A DNA stretch of 64,000 nucleotides. Source: Acidimicrobiales bacterium (GTDB lineage Bacteria; Actinomycetota; Acidimicrobiia; Acidimicrobiales; SZUA-35). Below are positions 47,774-56,074 of this stretch, piece by piece (the stretch's first letter is position 1; the number at the start of each line of letters is the position of its first letter). Both the position numbers and the translations under genes were made by a program. The DNA lies in contig JABDIY010000028.1 of NCBI GenBank assembly GCA_013003535.1, positions 25,631-89,630 on the forward strand. Direction: 5' to 3'. The notes under the pieces are model-generated. The model made no database searches. It was not told the origin of the DNA and saw only the letters and a program-made list of their open reading frames with translations.

Positions 47774-48048
47774 GCGTCTCCGGCCACAAGAAAACTTCGG
47801 CTGATCCCGTTCGCGCTCAACGCGAAAAAGTGCGCACGTGGGTTAGCTACGGCATTCGGTCGGGAACAGCGTTGTTCGGGCTCGCTACCACCATTCTCAT
47901 AATGGGCTTGCTGCTGGGCCTCAACGATGTCATCACCGGGCTGGTCCTCGGGTGCATCATTTTGGGCTCTATCGCACTGGCGCCGGCGATGGTATTTCAT
48001 TACGGGGTAAAGGCCGCCGACCGCGAGGACCGGGCCACCGGCCGCTGA
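47770..48048 (+). CDS. Small two-helix membrane protein
   Basis: The ATG overlaps the GT4 stop (ATGA). Helices ALFGLATTILIMGLLLGL and GLVLGCIILGSIALAPAMVF. Confidence 0.5.
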   Translation: MSVSGHKKTSADPVRAQREKVRTWVSYGIRSGTALFGLATTILIMGLLLGLNDVITGLVLGCIILGSIALAPAMVFHYGVKAADREDRATGR

Positions 48049-48061
48049 GGTACTTCGGGTC

Positions 48062-48727
48062 ATGACCAATTCCTCGCCAGATGCTCGCCACACCGTGAAA
48101 TTCCACCCCAGCGGTTCGCCCTCCGATGGCGGTCAGCCCACGGCGGGCAATCGCTTGCCGGCCGCGGAACGCCGAGAACAGTTGTTGGCAGTAGGACGAC
48201 AAGTGTTCGCCGAGACAGGTTTCCACGGTTCGTCCATGAGCGCCGTCGCAGAACGAGCCGGTGTTACCAAACCCGTGCTCTACCAGCACTTCGACAACAA
48301 GCGAGCTCTGTATGGAGCCATTCTGTCCCAGGTCGGCGAAAGCCTCGAGCAGGCCGTGTTCAGTGCCGCTATGGCGGCCTCCACCGGACGGGAACAGGTC
48401 TTCGCCGGTGTTGATGCTGCGGTGCAATTCGTTGCGCAGAATCCCTACGGCTTCCAGATCCTGTTGGCCGCCAAGAACTCTACCGACGACGAATGGCGCG
48501 GCTTGGCCCACCGTTGGCGGCAGTCCATGGCCACACAGATTGCCGCTCTGATCGTGGTCGAGGGGATGCTGCCCGCCCACCAGGAGGCACTGGCCTATGG
48601 CGTGGTGGGAATGGTGGAGTCGATGATGGGGAGCTGGCTGGACGCGGAGAATCCCGCCTTGGACGCTGCCTCCCTCAGCGCGGATCTCGCCGCTCTCGCC
48701 TGGTTCGGTCTCCGCGGCCTCAGCTAG
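48062..48727 (+). CDS. TetR/AcrR family transcriptional regulator
   Basis: HTH region RREQLLAVGRQVFAETGFHGSSMSAVAERAGVTKPVLYQHFDNKRALY. Confidence 0.85.
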   Translation: MTNSSPDARHTVKFHPSGSPSDGGQPTAGNRLPAAERREQLLAVGRQVFAETGFHGSSMSAVAERAGVTKPVLYQHFDNKRALYGAILSQVGESLEQAVFSAAMAASTGREQVFAGVDAAVQFVAQNPYGFQILLAAKNSTDDEWRGLAHRWRQSMATQIAALIVVEGMLPAHQEALAYGVVGMVESMMGSWLDAENPALDAASLSADLAALAWFGLRGLS

Positions 48728-48761
48728 CCCCTCGTTGGAAGGGTCGGGATAGTCTCGGAGG

Positions 48762-49676
48762 GTGCGCATCATTTTGACCGGGGCAAGCGGTTTCGTTGGC
48801 TGCAACATCGCGAAGGTCATGACCGATCACCATGGCGATGATGTCTTCGCCGAGCGCGTCGACATGACCAACCGCACCGAGATTGAATCCCATATCGACG
48901 AGCACGAGCCTGATGCCATCGTGCACTGCGCCATCCTCAACGATTGGGATCTCATGTATTCAGATCGCCACCTGGCATGGGATTCCTATGTCGGCGCCAC
49001 CCGGAACTACATGGTCGCCGCCGAGGAACGCGAGATCCCGTGCGTCCTGGTCAGCACCGACTTCGTCTTCGACGGTACCCGGGGCAACTACCTCGAAACC
49101 GATGTCCCAAACCCAGTGAACTTCTACGGTTTTCTCAAAGCCGCATCAGAAGTGGTGGCATTGGAACACAACGGCATTGTTGCGCGGGTGAGCGGTGTGA
49201 ACGGACAGCATTGGGCTCGACCGACCACCCCGCGTGCCCAAGATCCCGGCTTCGGCTATTTCGTCGCCTCGCTGGTCGATGCCCTGGAGGCTGGAAACAC
49301 CTTCACCGTATGGGAAGGACCCGAACTCAACAGCAGGGCGTCGCCGTCACTGGCGTCGATGTGCGGGGAAGTGATCCGAACTGCCGCTGCCACCGAGGGG
49401 ACCGCAGGATCCATCTTCCACTGTTGCGGGTCCGAAGCAGTCACCCGTCGCCAGCTGGCCGAGGCAGCATGCAAAGTGTTCAGTCTTGACCCCGGTCTAC
49501 TTCGGTTCGGCCCGGCCCCGGCATCGGAACTGGAGGGCAAACGTTTTCCGCATGACAGCTCATTGTCGGCGGTGGCGACCAGCGAACGACTCGGCACACC
49601 GTTGCCAACTGTGGAGGAACTGTTGAAGGGGTTCTTGCACGAGCGGCTCACTGGACAACTGGCGGACCTTCGCTGA
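48762..49676 (+). CDS. NAD(P)-dependent sugar-nucleotide reductase/epimerase, RmlD-like
   Basis: MRIILTGASGFVGCNI Rossmann motif, and VSTDFVFDG (RmlD-like STDYVFDG). Confidence 0.6.
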   Translation: MRIILTGASGFVGCNIAKVMTDHHGDDVFAERVDMTNRTEIESHIDEHEPDAIVHCAILNDWDLMYSDRHLAWDSYVGATRNYMVAAEEREIPCVLVSTDFVFDGTRGNYLETDVPNPVNFYGFLKAASEVVALEHNGIVARVSGVNGQHWARPTTPRAQDPGFGYFVASLVDALEAGNTFTVWEGPELNSRASPSLASMCGEVIRTAAATEGTAGSIFHCCGSEAVTRRQLAEAACKVFSLDPGLLRFGPAPASELEGKRFPHDSSLSAVATSERLGTPLPTVEELLKGFLHERLTGQLADLR

Positions 49677-50455
49677 TGCTCGACATCGATCCGTTGGCGA
49701 TCAACGACATCGTAAGGGATGCGTCAGTCAAGGCATTGGCGTTGTTCCGCACCAACGGTGTAGACGTGCAGAACAAACTGGCCGGGGGCTTCGACCCTGT
49801 CACCCATGCCGATCGCATGATCGAATCAAACCTCCGGTTCAAGTTGAGAGAACTCGTGGGCGAGTTGCCTGTGATCGGCGAAGAGGAAGGAACCACCGGC
49901 GATCCCTCTGCGGGTTATGCGTGGATCATCGATCCCATCGACGGGACAAGGGCGTTCATCAGCGGCCAACCTCAGTGGGGCACGCTCCTGGGTCTCCTTC
50001 ACGACGGCCAGCCCTTGGGCGGGTGGCTGCATCTACCCGTGCTGCACGAAACGTTTTGGGCTCTAGGCGATAGCTTCGGGGTCCGCTCACCTACCACCAC
50101 CCGCTTTGGCACCAGCGAGTGCACCAGGATTGCGGATGCAACCATGCTCTCCACCGATCCCGCCATGTTCGCCGGCGAACTGGAGAAGGCCTTCGCTCGG
50201 ATGGTGGCAGCGGTTCGTCTCACTCGTTACAGCGGCGACTGCCACAACTACGGACTATTGGCAAGTGGCGATGTGGACCTGGTGGTCGAGAACCAAATGC
50301 AGCCCTATGACATCCTGCCTCTGATTCCGATTATCGAGGCCGCAGGCGGCATCGTCACCGACGGCCATGGCGCACCGATCCTCAGCGGCGGCAGCGTGGT
50401 CGCCGCGGCAACACCGCAGCTACACGAGCAGGCGCTGAACGTTTTGAATTCCTAG
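49676..50455 (+). CDS. Inositol monophosphatase-family phosphatase (HisN/SuhB-like)
   Basis: WIIDPIDGTRAF metal-binding motif. The ATG overlaps the upstream TGA by 1 nt. Confidence 0.75.
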   Translation: MLDIDPLAINDIVRDASVKALALFRTNGVDVQNKLAGGFDPVTHADRMIESNLRFKLRELVGELPVIGEEEGTTGDPSAGYAWIIDPIDGTRAFISGQPQWGTLLGLLHDGQPLGGWLHLPVLHETFWALGDSFGVRSPTTTRFGTSECTRIADATMLSTDPAMFAGELEKAFARMVAAVRLTRYSGDCHNYGLLASGDVDLVVENQMQPYDILPLIPIIEAAGGIVTDGHGAPILSGGSVVAAATPQLHEQALNVLNS

Positions 50456-50481
50456 CCGTCGGCGAGCGGAGGCCCTGCACT

Positions 50482-51222
50482 TCATGCCAGGATTTGGTTG
50501 ATTCGCTCGGCCGAGGATCGGACCATCTTCTCGAAATCTTTGGCGCGAGAGCCGGGAAACCGAAATGTGGGACCATGAATGTTGATTCCGCCAACAACCT
50601 CGCCGGTGCGAGCGATGAGGGGCGACGATAACGAAGAGATTCCGATCTCCAGTTCATCGCAGGTCCACGCCAGCCCGGTCTCGCGAATCTTTTCGATGCG
50701 AGCCCGAAGGGCGGTTGGATCGGTCATGGAATTTGGCGTGCGCGATTCCAGTTCGCGGCCGAGATAGTTGTCGAGAGCGTCATCGGACCACGAGGCCAGC
50801 GCCACCAGGCCCGGCGCCACCAGATGCATCGGAAGCCGGGTGTCCACCCAGTCCCGCAGCTGAACTGCCACATCGGCGCGCTCCTCGGCGATGAAGTGCA
50901 CGGTGTACCCCGAAGTGACCGAGAGCCCTACGGCCTCACCGCTCTGGACCGCCAATGCCCGTAGCTCTTCTCGGGCGAGTGCGGTAAGACTTCGAGACGC
51001 GTCCACACCGGTTGCCATGGTGACGATTCCCGTGCCGATCCGGTACAGATTGGCATTGTCGAGTCGTTCTGCTGCGCCAACGTGTTCAAGCGTGGCCAGC
51101 AACCGTGATGCGGTGGAGATCGGTAGTTGCACCTGTCTGGCGATTTCACTGAGGCTGGCGGGCCCACCTCGGAGCGCCTCCAAAATCGTGAAGGCCCGAG
51201 TAACACTCTGCACTACGGCCAT
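50482..51222 (-). CDS. IclR family transcriptional regulator
   Basis: VQSVTRAFTILEALRGGPASLSEIARQVQLPISTASRLL is the IclR wHTH, followed by a C-terminal effector domain. It is divergent from the corrinoid operon. Confidence 0.85.
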   Translation of the reverse strand: MAVVQSVTRAFTILEALRGGPASLSEIARQVQLPISTASRLLATLEHVGAAERLDNANLYRIGTGIVTMATGVDASRSLTALAREELRALAVQSGEAVGLSVTSGYTVHFIAEERADVAVQLRDWVDTRLPMHLVAPGLVALASWSDDALDNYLGRELESRTPNSMTDPTALRARIEKIRETGLAWTCDELEIGISSLSSPLIARTGEVVGGINIHGPTFRFPGSRAKDFEKMVRSSAERINQILA

Positions 51223-51295
51223 TGTTCTTCCTCCGGGCGTCTTCGCGGACCGGGGCGACCGGCCGACTTCGTCTGCGACTTCCCATCATACGGGA

Positions 51296-51317
51296 AGTTT
51301 CCGTCTGTTGGGAAACT
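51296..51317. promoter_or_regulatory. Candidate operator: inverted repeat AGTTTCC-N8-GGAAACT in the IclR/corrinoid-operon divergent intergenic region
   Basis: Perfect 7-bp arms at 51296-51302 and 51311-51317. The repeat lies about 75 nt from the IclR start and about 90 nt from the corrinoid gene ATG. There is no experimental support. Confidence 0.3.
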
Positions 51318-51405
51318 CAGCTCCTGCTATGGCACACTGATGTAACGATGGTCACGCCACCGCTGGACCGTTCAATCGCGAAAAAGACTCCGAGGAGGTG
51401 TCAGC

Positions 51406-52110
51406 ATGGCCGCTGAAGAATTTGAAGAAATCGACCTGTCTGCGTTAAGTGACGAAGACTTGACGGCACAGATGCATGACGACCTGTACGACGGACTCAA
51501 AGATGAGATCACCGAGGGAACCAACATTCTGCTGTCACGGGGTTGGGGTCCCGACAAGGTCCTCAACGATGCTCTCGTCGAGGGAATGCGGATCGTGGGA
51601 ATCGACTTTCGCGACGGGATCCTGTTCGTTCCGGAAGTCTTGCTGGCCGCCAATGCGATGAAAGCCGGGATGCATATCCTTCGTCCACTGCTCGCCGAAA
51701 CGGGCGCTGAGTCGATCGGCACCGTGGTCATCGGGACCGTCAAGGGCGACATCCACGACATAGGCAAGAACCTCGTGGCGATGATGCTCGAGGGCGCTGG
51801 CTTCGAAGTGATCGACCTCGGAATCAATACCGACGTTGATGGCTACCTCGCCGCACTAGAGGAACACCAGCCGGACATACTTGGAATGTCTGCTCTGCTC
51901 ACAACCACAATGCCGTACATGAAGGTCGTCATCGACACGATGGTCGAAAAGGGCCTTCGGGATGACTACATCGTTCTTGTCGGTGGTGCCCCGCTCAATC
52001 AAGAGTTCGGCGATGCAATCGGAGCCGACGGCTACTGCCGGGATGCGGCGATCGCTGCCGAAATGGCCAAGAGTATGGTGCTCGAACGTCGTGCTGCCGC
52101 CAAAGCCTGA
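51406..52110 (+). CDS. Corrinoid (cobalamin-binding) methyl-carrier protein, MtgC/MtbC-like
   Basis: B12-binding DxHxxG motif (GTVKGDIHDIGKNLV) and an N-terminal helical cap domain. GGAGG lies about 8 nt before the ATG. Confidence 0.85.
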   Translation: MAAEEFEEIDLSALSDEDLTAQMHDDLYDGLKDEITEGTNILLSRGWGPDKVLNDALVEGMRIVGIDFRDGILFVPEVLLAANAMKAGMHILRPLLAETGAESIGTVVIGTVKGDIHDIGKNLVAMMLEGAGFEVIDLGINTDVDGYLAALEEHQPDILGMSALLTTTMPYMKVVIDTMVEKGLRDDYIVLVGGAPLNQEFGDAIGADGYCRDAAIAAEMAKSMVLERRAAAKA

Positions 52111-52732
52111 CAACGCGGAATCTGCGCTGGTGATCGCCTGTGGCGCTCTCGTTCGCGAGATCAGAGCCGTGTGGGACCAATTCCCCGACTCGCCCCTCGC
52201 CAACGTCAGCTACCTCCCGGCTCCGCTGCATAACCGTCCGGAACAGATCGTGCCCGCCATCCAAGAACAACTGCGAGCCAAAGAGGGCACGTACAGCTCG
52301 GTCTTGCTCGGCTATGGCGATTGCGGAACCGGCGGCCACCTGGACGCGTTCATCGACCGGTGGAACAGCAAAGACCCCTCCATCCCAATGCGACGCATGA
52401 GCGGGGATCATTGTTATGAGTTCCTCACCGGATCCAACGCTTTTGCCGAGATCCATGAGGCCGAACTTGGGACGTTCTTCCTCACCGATTTCATCGTTGT
52501 CAACTTCGACTCGCTGATATGGAGGGGTCTCGGCATGGACAAGCACCCCGAGCTTCGCGACATGTACTTCGGCAACTACACAAGGGCGCTCTACCTCGCC
52601 CAAGAACCAACGTCGGTTCGTATCGCAGCAGCGGAGGCTGCCGCCGCCAAACTGGGGCTGCGTTTCGAAACGCACACCACAGGATTCGAACCGTTCCGTG
52701 AACAGCTCGTCTCACTCGCCAGGGAGACATAA
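52091..52732 (+). CDS. DUF1638 domain protein
   Basis: ALVIACGALVREI..., LLGYGDCGTGG and DFIVVNFD motifs match my recollection of DUF1638, a family seen in corrinoid methyltransferase clusters. GTG 52091 or 52130; the ORF-track start at 51962 lies inside the corrinoid gene. Confidence 0.6.
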   Translation: MLPPKPDNAESALVIACGALVREIRAVWDQFPDSPLANVSYLPAPLHNRPEQIVPAIQEQLRAKEGTYSSVLLGYGDCGTGGHLDAFIDRWNSKDPSIPMRRMSGDHCYEFLTGSNAFAEIHEAELGTFFLTDFIVVNFDSLIWRGLGMDKHPELRDMYFGNYTRALYLAQEPTSVRIAAAEAAAAKLGLRFETHTTGFEPFREQLVSLARET

Positions 52733-52735
52733 CCC

Positions 52736-53092
52736 ATGCCCCGAAATCGTAACCCTCAGCTGATCGTCATCTACTGGCGAGACATTCCGTCTCAGGTCAA
52801 TGGAGCCAGCGGTTCTGAAAAACACCAGGTTCTTCTCAAACCACGATTCGAAAAAGCTATTGACCGCGCCGCGATGACCGCCGGCCTCACCCAAGCGTCG
52901 GACTATGTCAACGAATGGCGCCGAGAAACGCAACCGGCACACGGCGATATCGCCGCCGCCGCTCAGGCCCTCGCCGCCGAACTCGAAGCGGCCTTTCCGC
53001 TCACCGTGCTCGATGAATACGTCGCAACGGGCGGATTCGCTCCCCCAACCTCACATCAACCATCATCACGCTCAAACGGGGTCCAACCATGA
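52736..53092 (+). CDS. Small protein of the so-called virulence-factor family (PF13769-like)
   Basis: LIVIYWRDIPSQVNG...FEKAIDRAAMTAGL...YVNEWRR matches the remembered family pattern (IVYWRDIPAQV...AIDRAAM...EWRR). Confidence 0.5.
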   Translation: MPRNRNPQLIVIYWRDIPSQVNGASGSEKHQVLLKPRFEKAIDRAAMTAGLTQASDYVNEWRRETQPAHGDIAAAAQALAAELEAAFPLTVLDEYVATGGFAPPTSHQPSSRSNGVQP

Positions 53093-53985
53093 CCGAGACC
53101 ATTATTAGTTCCGCCACCAAGGAGGTCGTGCTGGGATTCAATCGACCCTTCGTGATGATCGGTGAACGGATCAACCCAACCGGACGCAAGCTTCTGGCAG
53201 CAGAGATGAAAGCCGGCGATTTCAGCCGAGTCGAGGCCGATACCATCGCGCAGATCGAGGCGGGAGCGCACATGCTCGATGTGAATGCCGGCATCCCCCT
53301 GGCCGATGAGCCCGCACTGCTGGCAAAAGCTGTGAAACTCGTGCAGAGCATTACTGATGTGCCACTCAGCATTGACTCCAGCATCATCGAAGCCCTCGAA
53401 GCCGGTTGTGCGGTCTATCAAGGAAAACCGCTGATCAACTCGGTAACAGGCGAGGACGAAAACCTCGAACGAGTGCTGCCATTGGTCGCAAAATACGGGG
53501 CCGCCGTCGTTGCAATTTCCAACGACGAAACAGGCATCTCCGAGGATCCCGATGTCCGCTTCGCAGTAGCCCAAAAGATTGTCAATCGGGCCGCCGATCA
53601 CGGGATCCCCGCCTGCGATGTTGTGGTGGATCCGTTGGTGATGCCGATCGGCGCCATGGGAACCGCGGGCCGACAGGTTTTCGCGCTGTTACGCCGCCTC
53701 AAAGATGAACTCGGTGTCAACACAACTTGCGGGGCTTCGAATGTGAGCTTTGGCCTCCCGCAGCGCCATGCCATCACGGGGACGTTCCTGGCGATGGCCA
53801 TTTCCAACGGGATGACCAGCGCCATCATGAGCCCGCTGCACGCCGAGGTGAAAAACGCCATCCTGGCCGCCGACGTTCTGGCCGGGAACGACGCCAACTG
53901 TGCTGCCTGGATCAAGGAGCACCGCGAACCGGTTCCAGAGGGCGAAGGCCGTGTCCGCCGCGGCAGTCGCCGTCGCCCCGCCTAG
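53089..53985 (+). CDS. Methyltetrahydrofolate:corrinoid methyltransferase (pterin-binding, MtgA/MeTr-like)
   Basis: IGERINPTGRKLLAAEMKAGDF, LDVNAG, INSVTGE and GASNVSFGLP are pterin-binding TIM-barrel motifs. ATGA overlap with the upstream stop. Confidence 0.85.
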   Translation: MTETIISSATKEVVLGFNRPFVMIGERINPTGRKLLAAEMKAGDFSRVEADTIAQIEAGAHMLDVNAGIPLADEPALLAKAVKLVQSITDVPLSIDSSIIEALEAGCAVYQGKPLINSVTGEDENLERVLPLVAKYGAAVVAISNDETGISEDPDVRFAVAQKIVNRAADHGIPACDVVVDPLVMPIGAMGTAGRQVFALLRRLKDELGVNTTCGASNVSFGLPQRHAITGTFLAMAISNGMTSAIMSPLHAEVKNAILAADVLAGNDANCAAWIKEHREPVPEGEGRVRRGSRRRPA

Positions 53986-54010
53986 GCAACCCTCGCGCTG
54001 ATCCCTGCCG

Positions 54011-56074
54011 ATGACCACCACCGCCAACAGCTCCGCCGGTGATGAAGCACCCCGGGTTCGCGCAGTGTTCACTCCGTCGGGACTCGAGACCTCCGTTGCT
54101 ATCAATACCTCGGTGTTGGATGCTGCCCGCGCATTGGGTGTGGATGTGGACTCGGTTTGCGGCGGGCGGGGAATTTGCGGCCGCTGCCAGGTGTCAGCGC
54201 CCCTTGGCACCTTCGACAAGTGGGCGCTCACGGCACGATCCGATGGCCTCACGCCACCAAACGAGACCGAGGCGAACTATCGAGGCAAACGAACCCTCAA
54301 AACAGGTCATCGCCTCGGCTGCCAGGCCCTCATCGTAAGCGACGTCATCATTGACGTTCCTCCCGAATCCCAGATCCACAAGCAGGTGGTTCGCAAGGCA
54401 TTGCGGATGGACGGTGTTGTCCTGGACCCCACGGTTCGGCTTCATTATCTTGAAATCCCGAAAACGCTGTTGGGCGACGACGCCACTGCCAGCCAGCTCA
54501 TCATCAACGCCCTAGCCGAGCAATGGGAGCGCCACCAGGTACGCGTGAGCCCGTCGATCTTGAGCGAACTTCACCCGGCGATGGCGACCGACGACCAGGC
54601 AGTCACCGTGGCGGTCTCTACCGCTTTAGCGGCAACAGGCGAGGTGGTAGCTATCTGGCGAGGCTTCGTCGATGCGGCTTGCGGCGTCGCAATCGATGTC
54701 GGCTCTACCACGGTGGCCGGGCACCTTCTGGACCTTGCCACCGGCGAGGTGCTGGCTTCGGCTGGTCGGATGAATCCACAGATCCGGTTCGGTGAAGACT
54801 TGATGAGCCGGGTGAGTTTCGTGATGATGAACCCCGGCGGCCGGGTGGAACTGACCAACGCCATTCGATCGGCTCTGGCCGAGCTCATAGCGGAGCTCTT
54901 GGAAGCGGCCAGCCGCCCTGCCAACACCATGCTCTCGGTGACCCTCGTTGGTAACCCCGTCATGCACCACCTTCTCTTGGGGATTGATCCCACCCCGTTA
55001 GGAGCGGCGCCCTTCGTCCTCGCCACCGCCGACCCACTTACGATCTCCGCCCGGTCGCTTGATCTCCCCTACCCCAATGCCACCGCCTACATCGGTCCGT
55101 GTATCGCTGGCCATGTTGGGGCCGACACCGCCGCCGCCATCTTGGCCGAGGGACCCCATCGCGGAGAAACTAATCAACTGCTGGTCGATGTGGGAACGAA
55201 TGCCGAGATCGTGCTGGGTTCCCGGGCCGGTTTATTCGCGGCGTCGTCCCCCACCGGCCCGGCGTTCGAAGGTGCTCAGTTGAGCTGTGGCGTGCGAGCT
55301 ACTACCGGAGCTATCGAACGGGTCCGGATCGATCCCATAACGCTCGAACCCAGATTTCGTGTGATCGGCCAGGAAGCGTGGAGCGACGAGGACGAGTTCG
55401 ATCATTCTCGACCGGTGGTAGGGGTCTGCGGATCCGGCATCATCGAAGTCATGGGTGAAATGTTCACGAGTGGCGTGATGGACTCTGAGGGCGTCATTCG
55501 ACCTCCGAAGCCCGAACATGCCGATCGGGTGGTGGCCGATGATCGAACCTTCAGCTTTGTCCTTCATCGCTCGTCCGCTGGTGCAGAGATGCGGATCACG
55601 CAGAACGACGTGCGGGCCATCCAGCTGGCCAAGGCGGCGCTTCGCGCCGGGATCGATCTGTTGATGGAGCACGCCGGTGTCACCGAGGTCAACGACATTC
55701 GTCTGGCCGGCGCATTCGGTGCCCACATCGATCCGGTGTATGCGGTAGGAATCGGTCTCGTCCCCAACGGGTCACGGGGGGCCGATGCGGTGCAATCCAC
55801 CGGCAACTCGGCGGGCAATGGTGCGGTTCGAATGTTGCTGTCAGGTGCGGACAGGACCGAGATCGCCACCGTGGTCGCTACACAGGTCACCAAGATTGAA
55901 ACGGCCACCGAACCCCGCTTTCAGGACTTGTTCGTAGATGCGATGGCTTTCCCGCATCGGCGTGAGTCTCCGCTCGCCACCGCCACCGGAGCACGACGTC
56001 GGCGGCGCCGTACCGGCGAAGGCTCCGTTCCGTCCGATCCATCACCACCAAACACAGAAACAGAAAACGTATGA
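54011..56074 (+). CDS. Reductive activator of corrinoid proteins (RACo-type): N-terminal 2Fe-2S ferredoxin + ASKHA ATPase domain
   Basis: Plant-type ferredoxin Cys pattern (CGGRGICGRCQV ... C), then an ASKHA-like region (AIDVGSTTVAGHL, LVDVGTNAEIVLG). Confidence 0.8.
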   Translation: MTTTANSSAGDEAPRVRAVFTPSGLETSVAINTSVLDAARALGVDVDSVCGGRGICGRCQVSAPLGTFDKWALTARSDGLTPPNETEANYRGKRTLKTGHRLGCQALIVSDVIIDVPPESQIHKQVVRKALRMDGVVLDPTVRLHYLEIPKTLLGDDATASQLIINALAEQWERHQVRVSPSILSELHPAMATDDQAVTVAVSTALAATGEVVAIWRGFVDAACGVAIDVGSTTVAGHLLDLATGEVLASAGRMNPQIRFGEDLMSRVSFVMMNPGGRVELTNAIRSALAELIAELLEAASRPANTMLSVTLVGNPVMHHLLLGIDPTPLGAAPFVLATADPLTISARSLDLPYPNATAYIGPCIAGHVGADTAAAILAEGPHRGETNQLLVDVGTNAEIVLGSRAGLFAASSPTGPAFEGAQLSCGVRATTGAIERVRIDPITLEPRFRVIGQEAWSDEDEFDHSRPVVGVCGSGIIEVMGEMFTSGVMDSEGVIRPPKPEHADRVVADDRTFSFVLHRSSAGAEMRITQNDVRAIQLAKAALRAGIDLLMEHAGVTEVNDIRLAGAFGAHIDPVYAVGIGLVPNGSRGADAVQSTGNSAGNGAVRMLLSGADRTEIATVVATQVTKIETATEPRFQDLFVDAMAFPHRRESPLATATGARRRRRRTGEGSVPSDPSPPNTETENV

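Noticed and set aside
51223-51405. Cobalamin riboswitch upstream of the corrinoid-protein gene.
   Set aside because: I could not find the conserved B12-box-like core or the multi-stem architecture by eye. The spacer must also hold two divergent promoters. An IclR-type protein regulator is present instead. A covariance-model scan would settle it.
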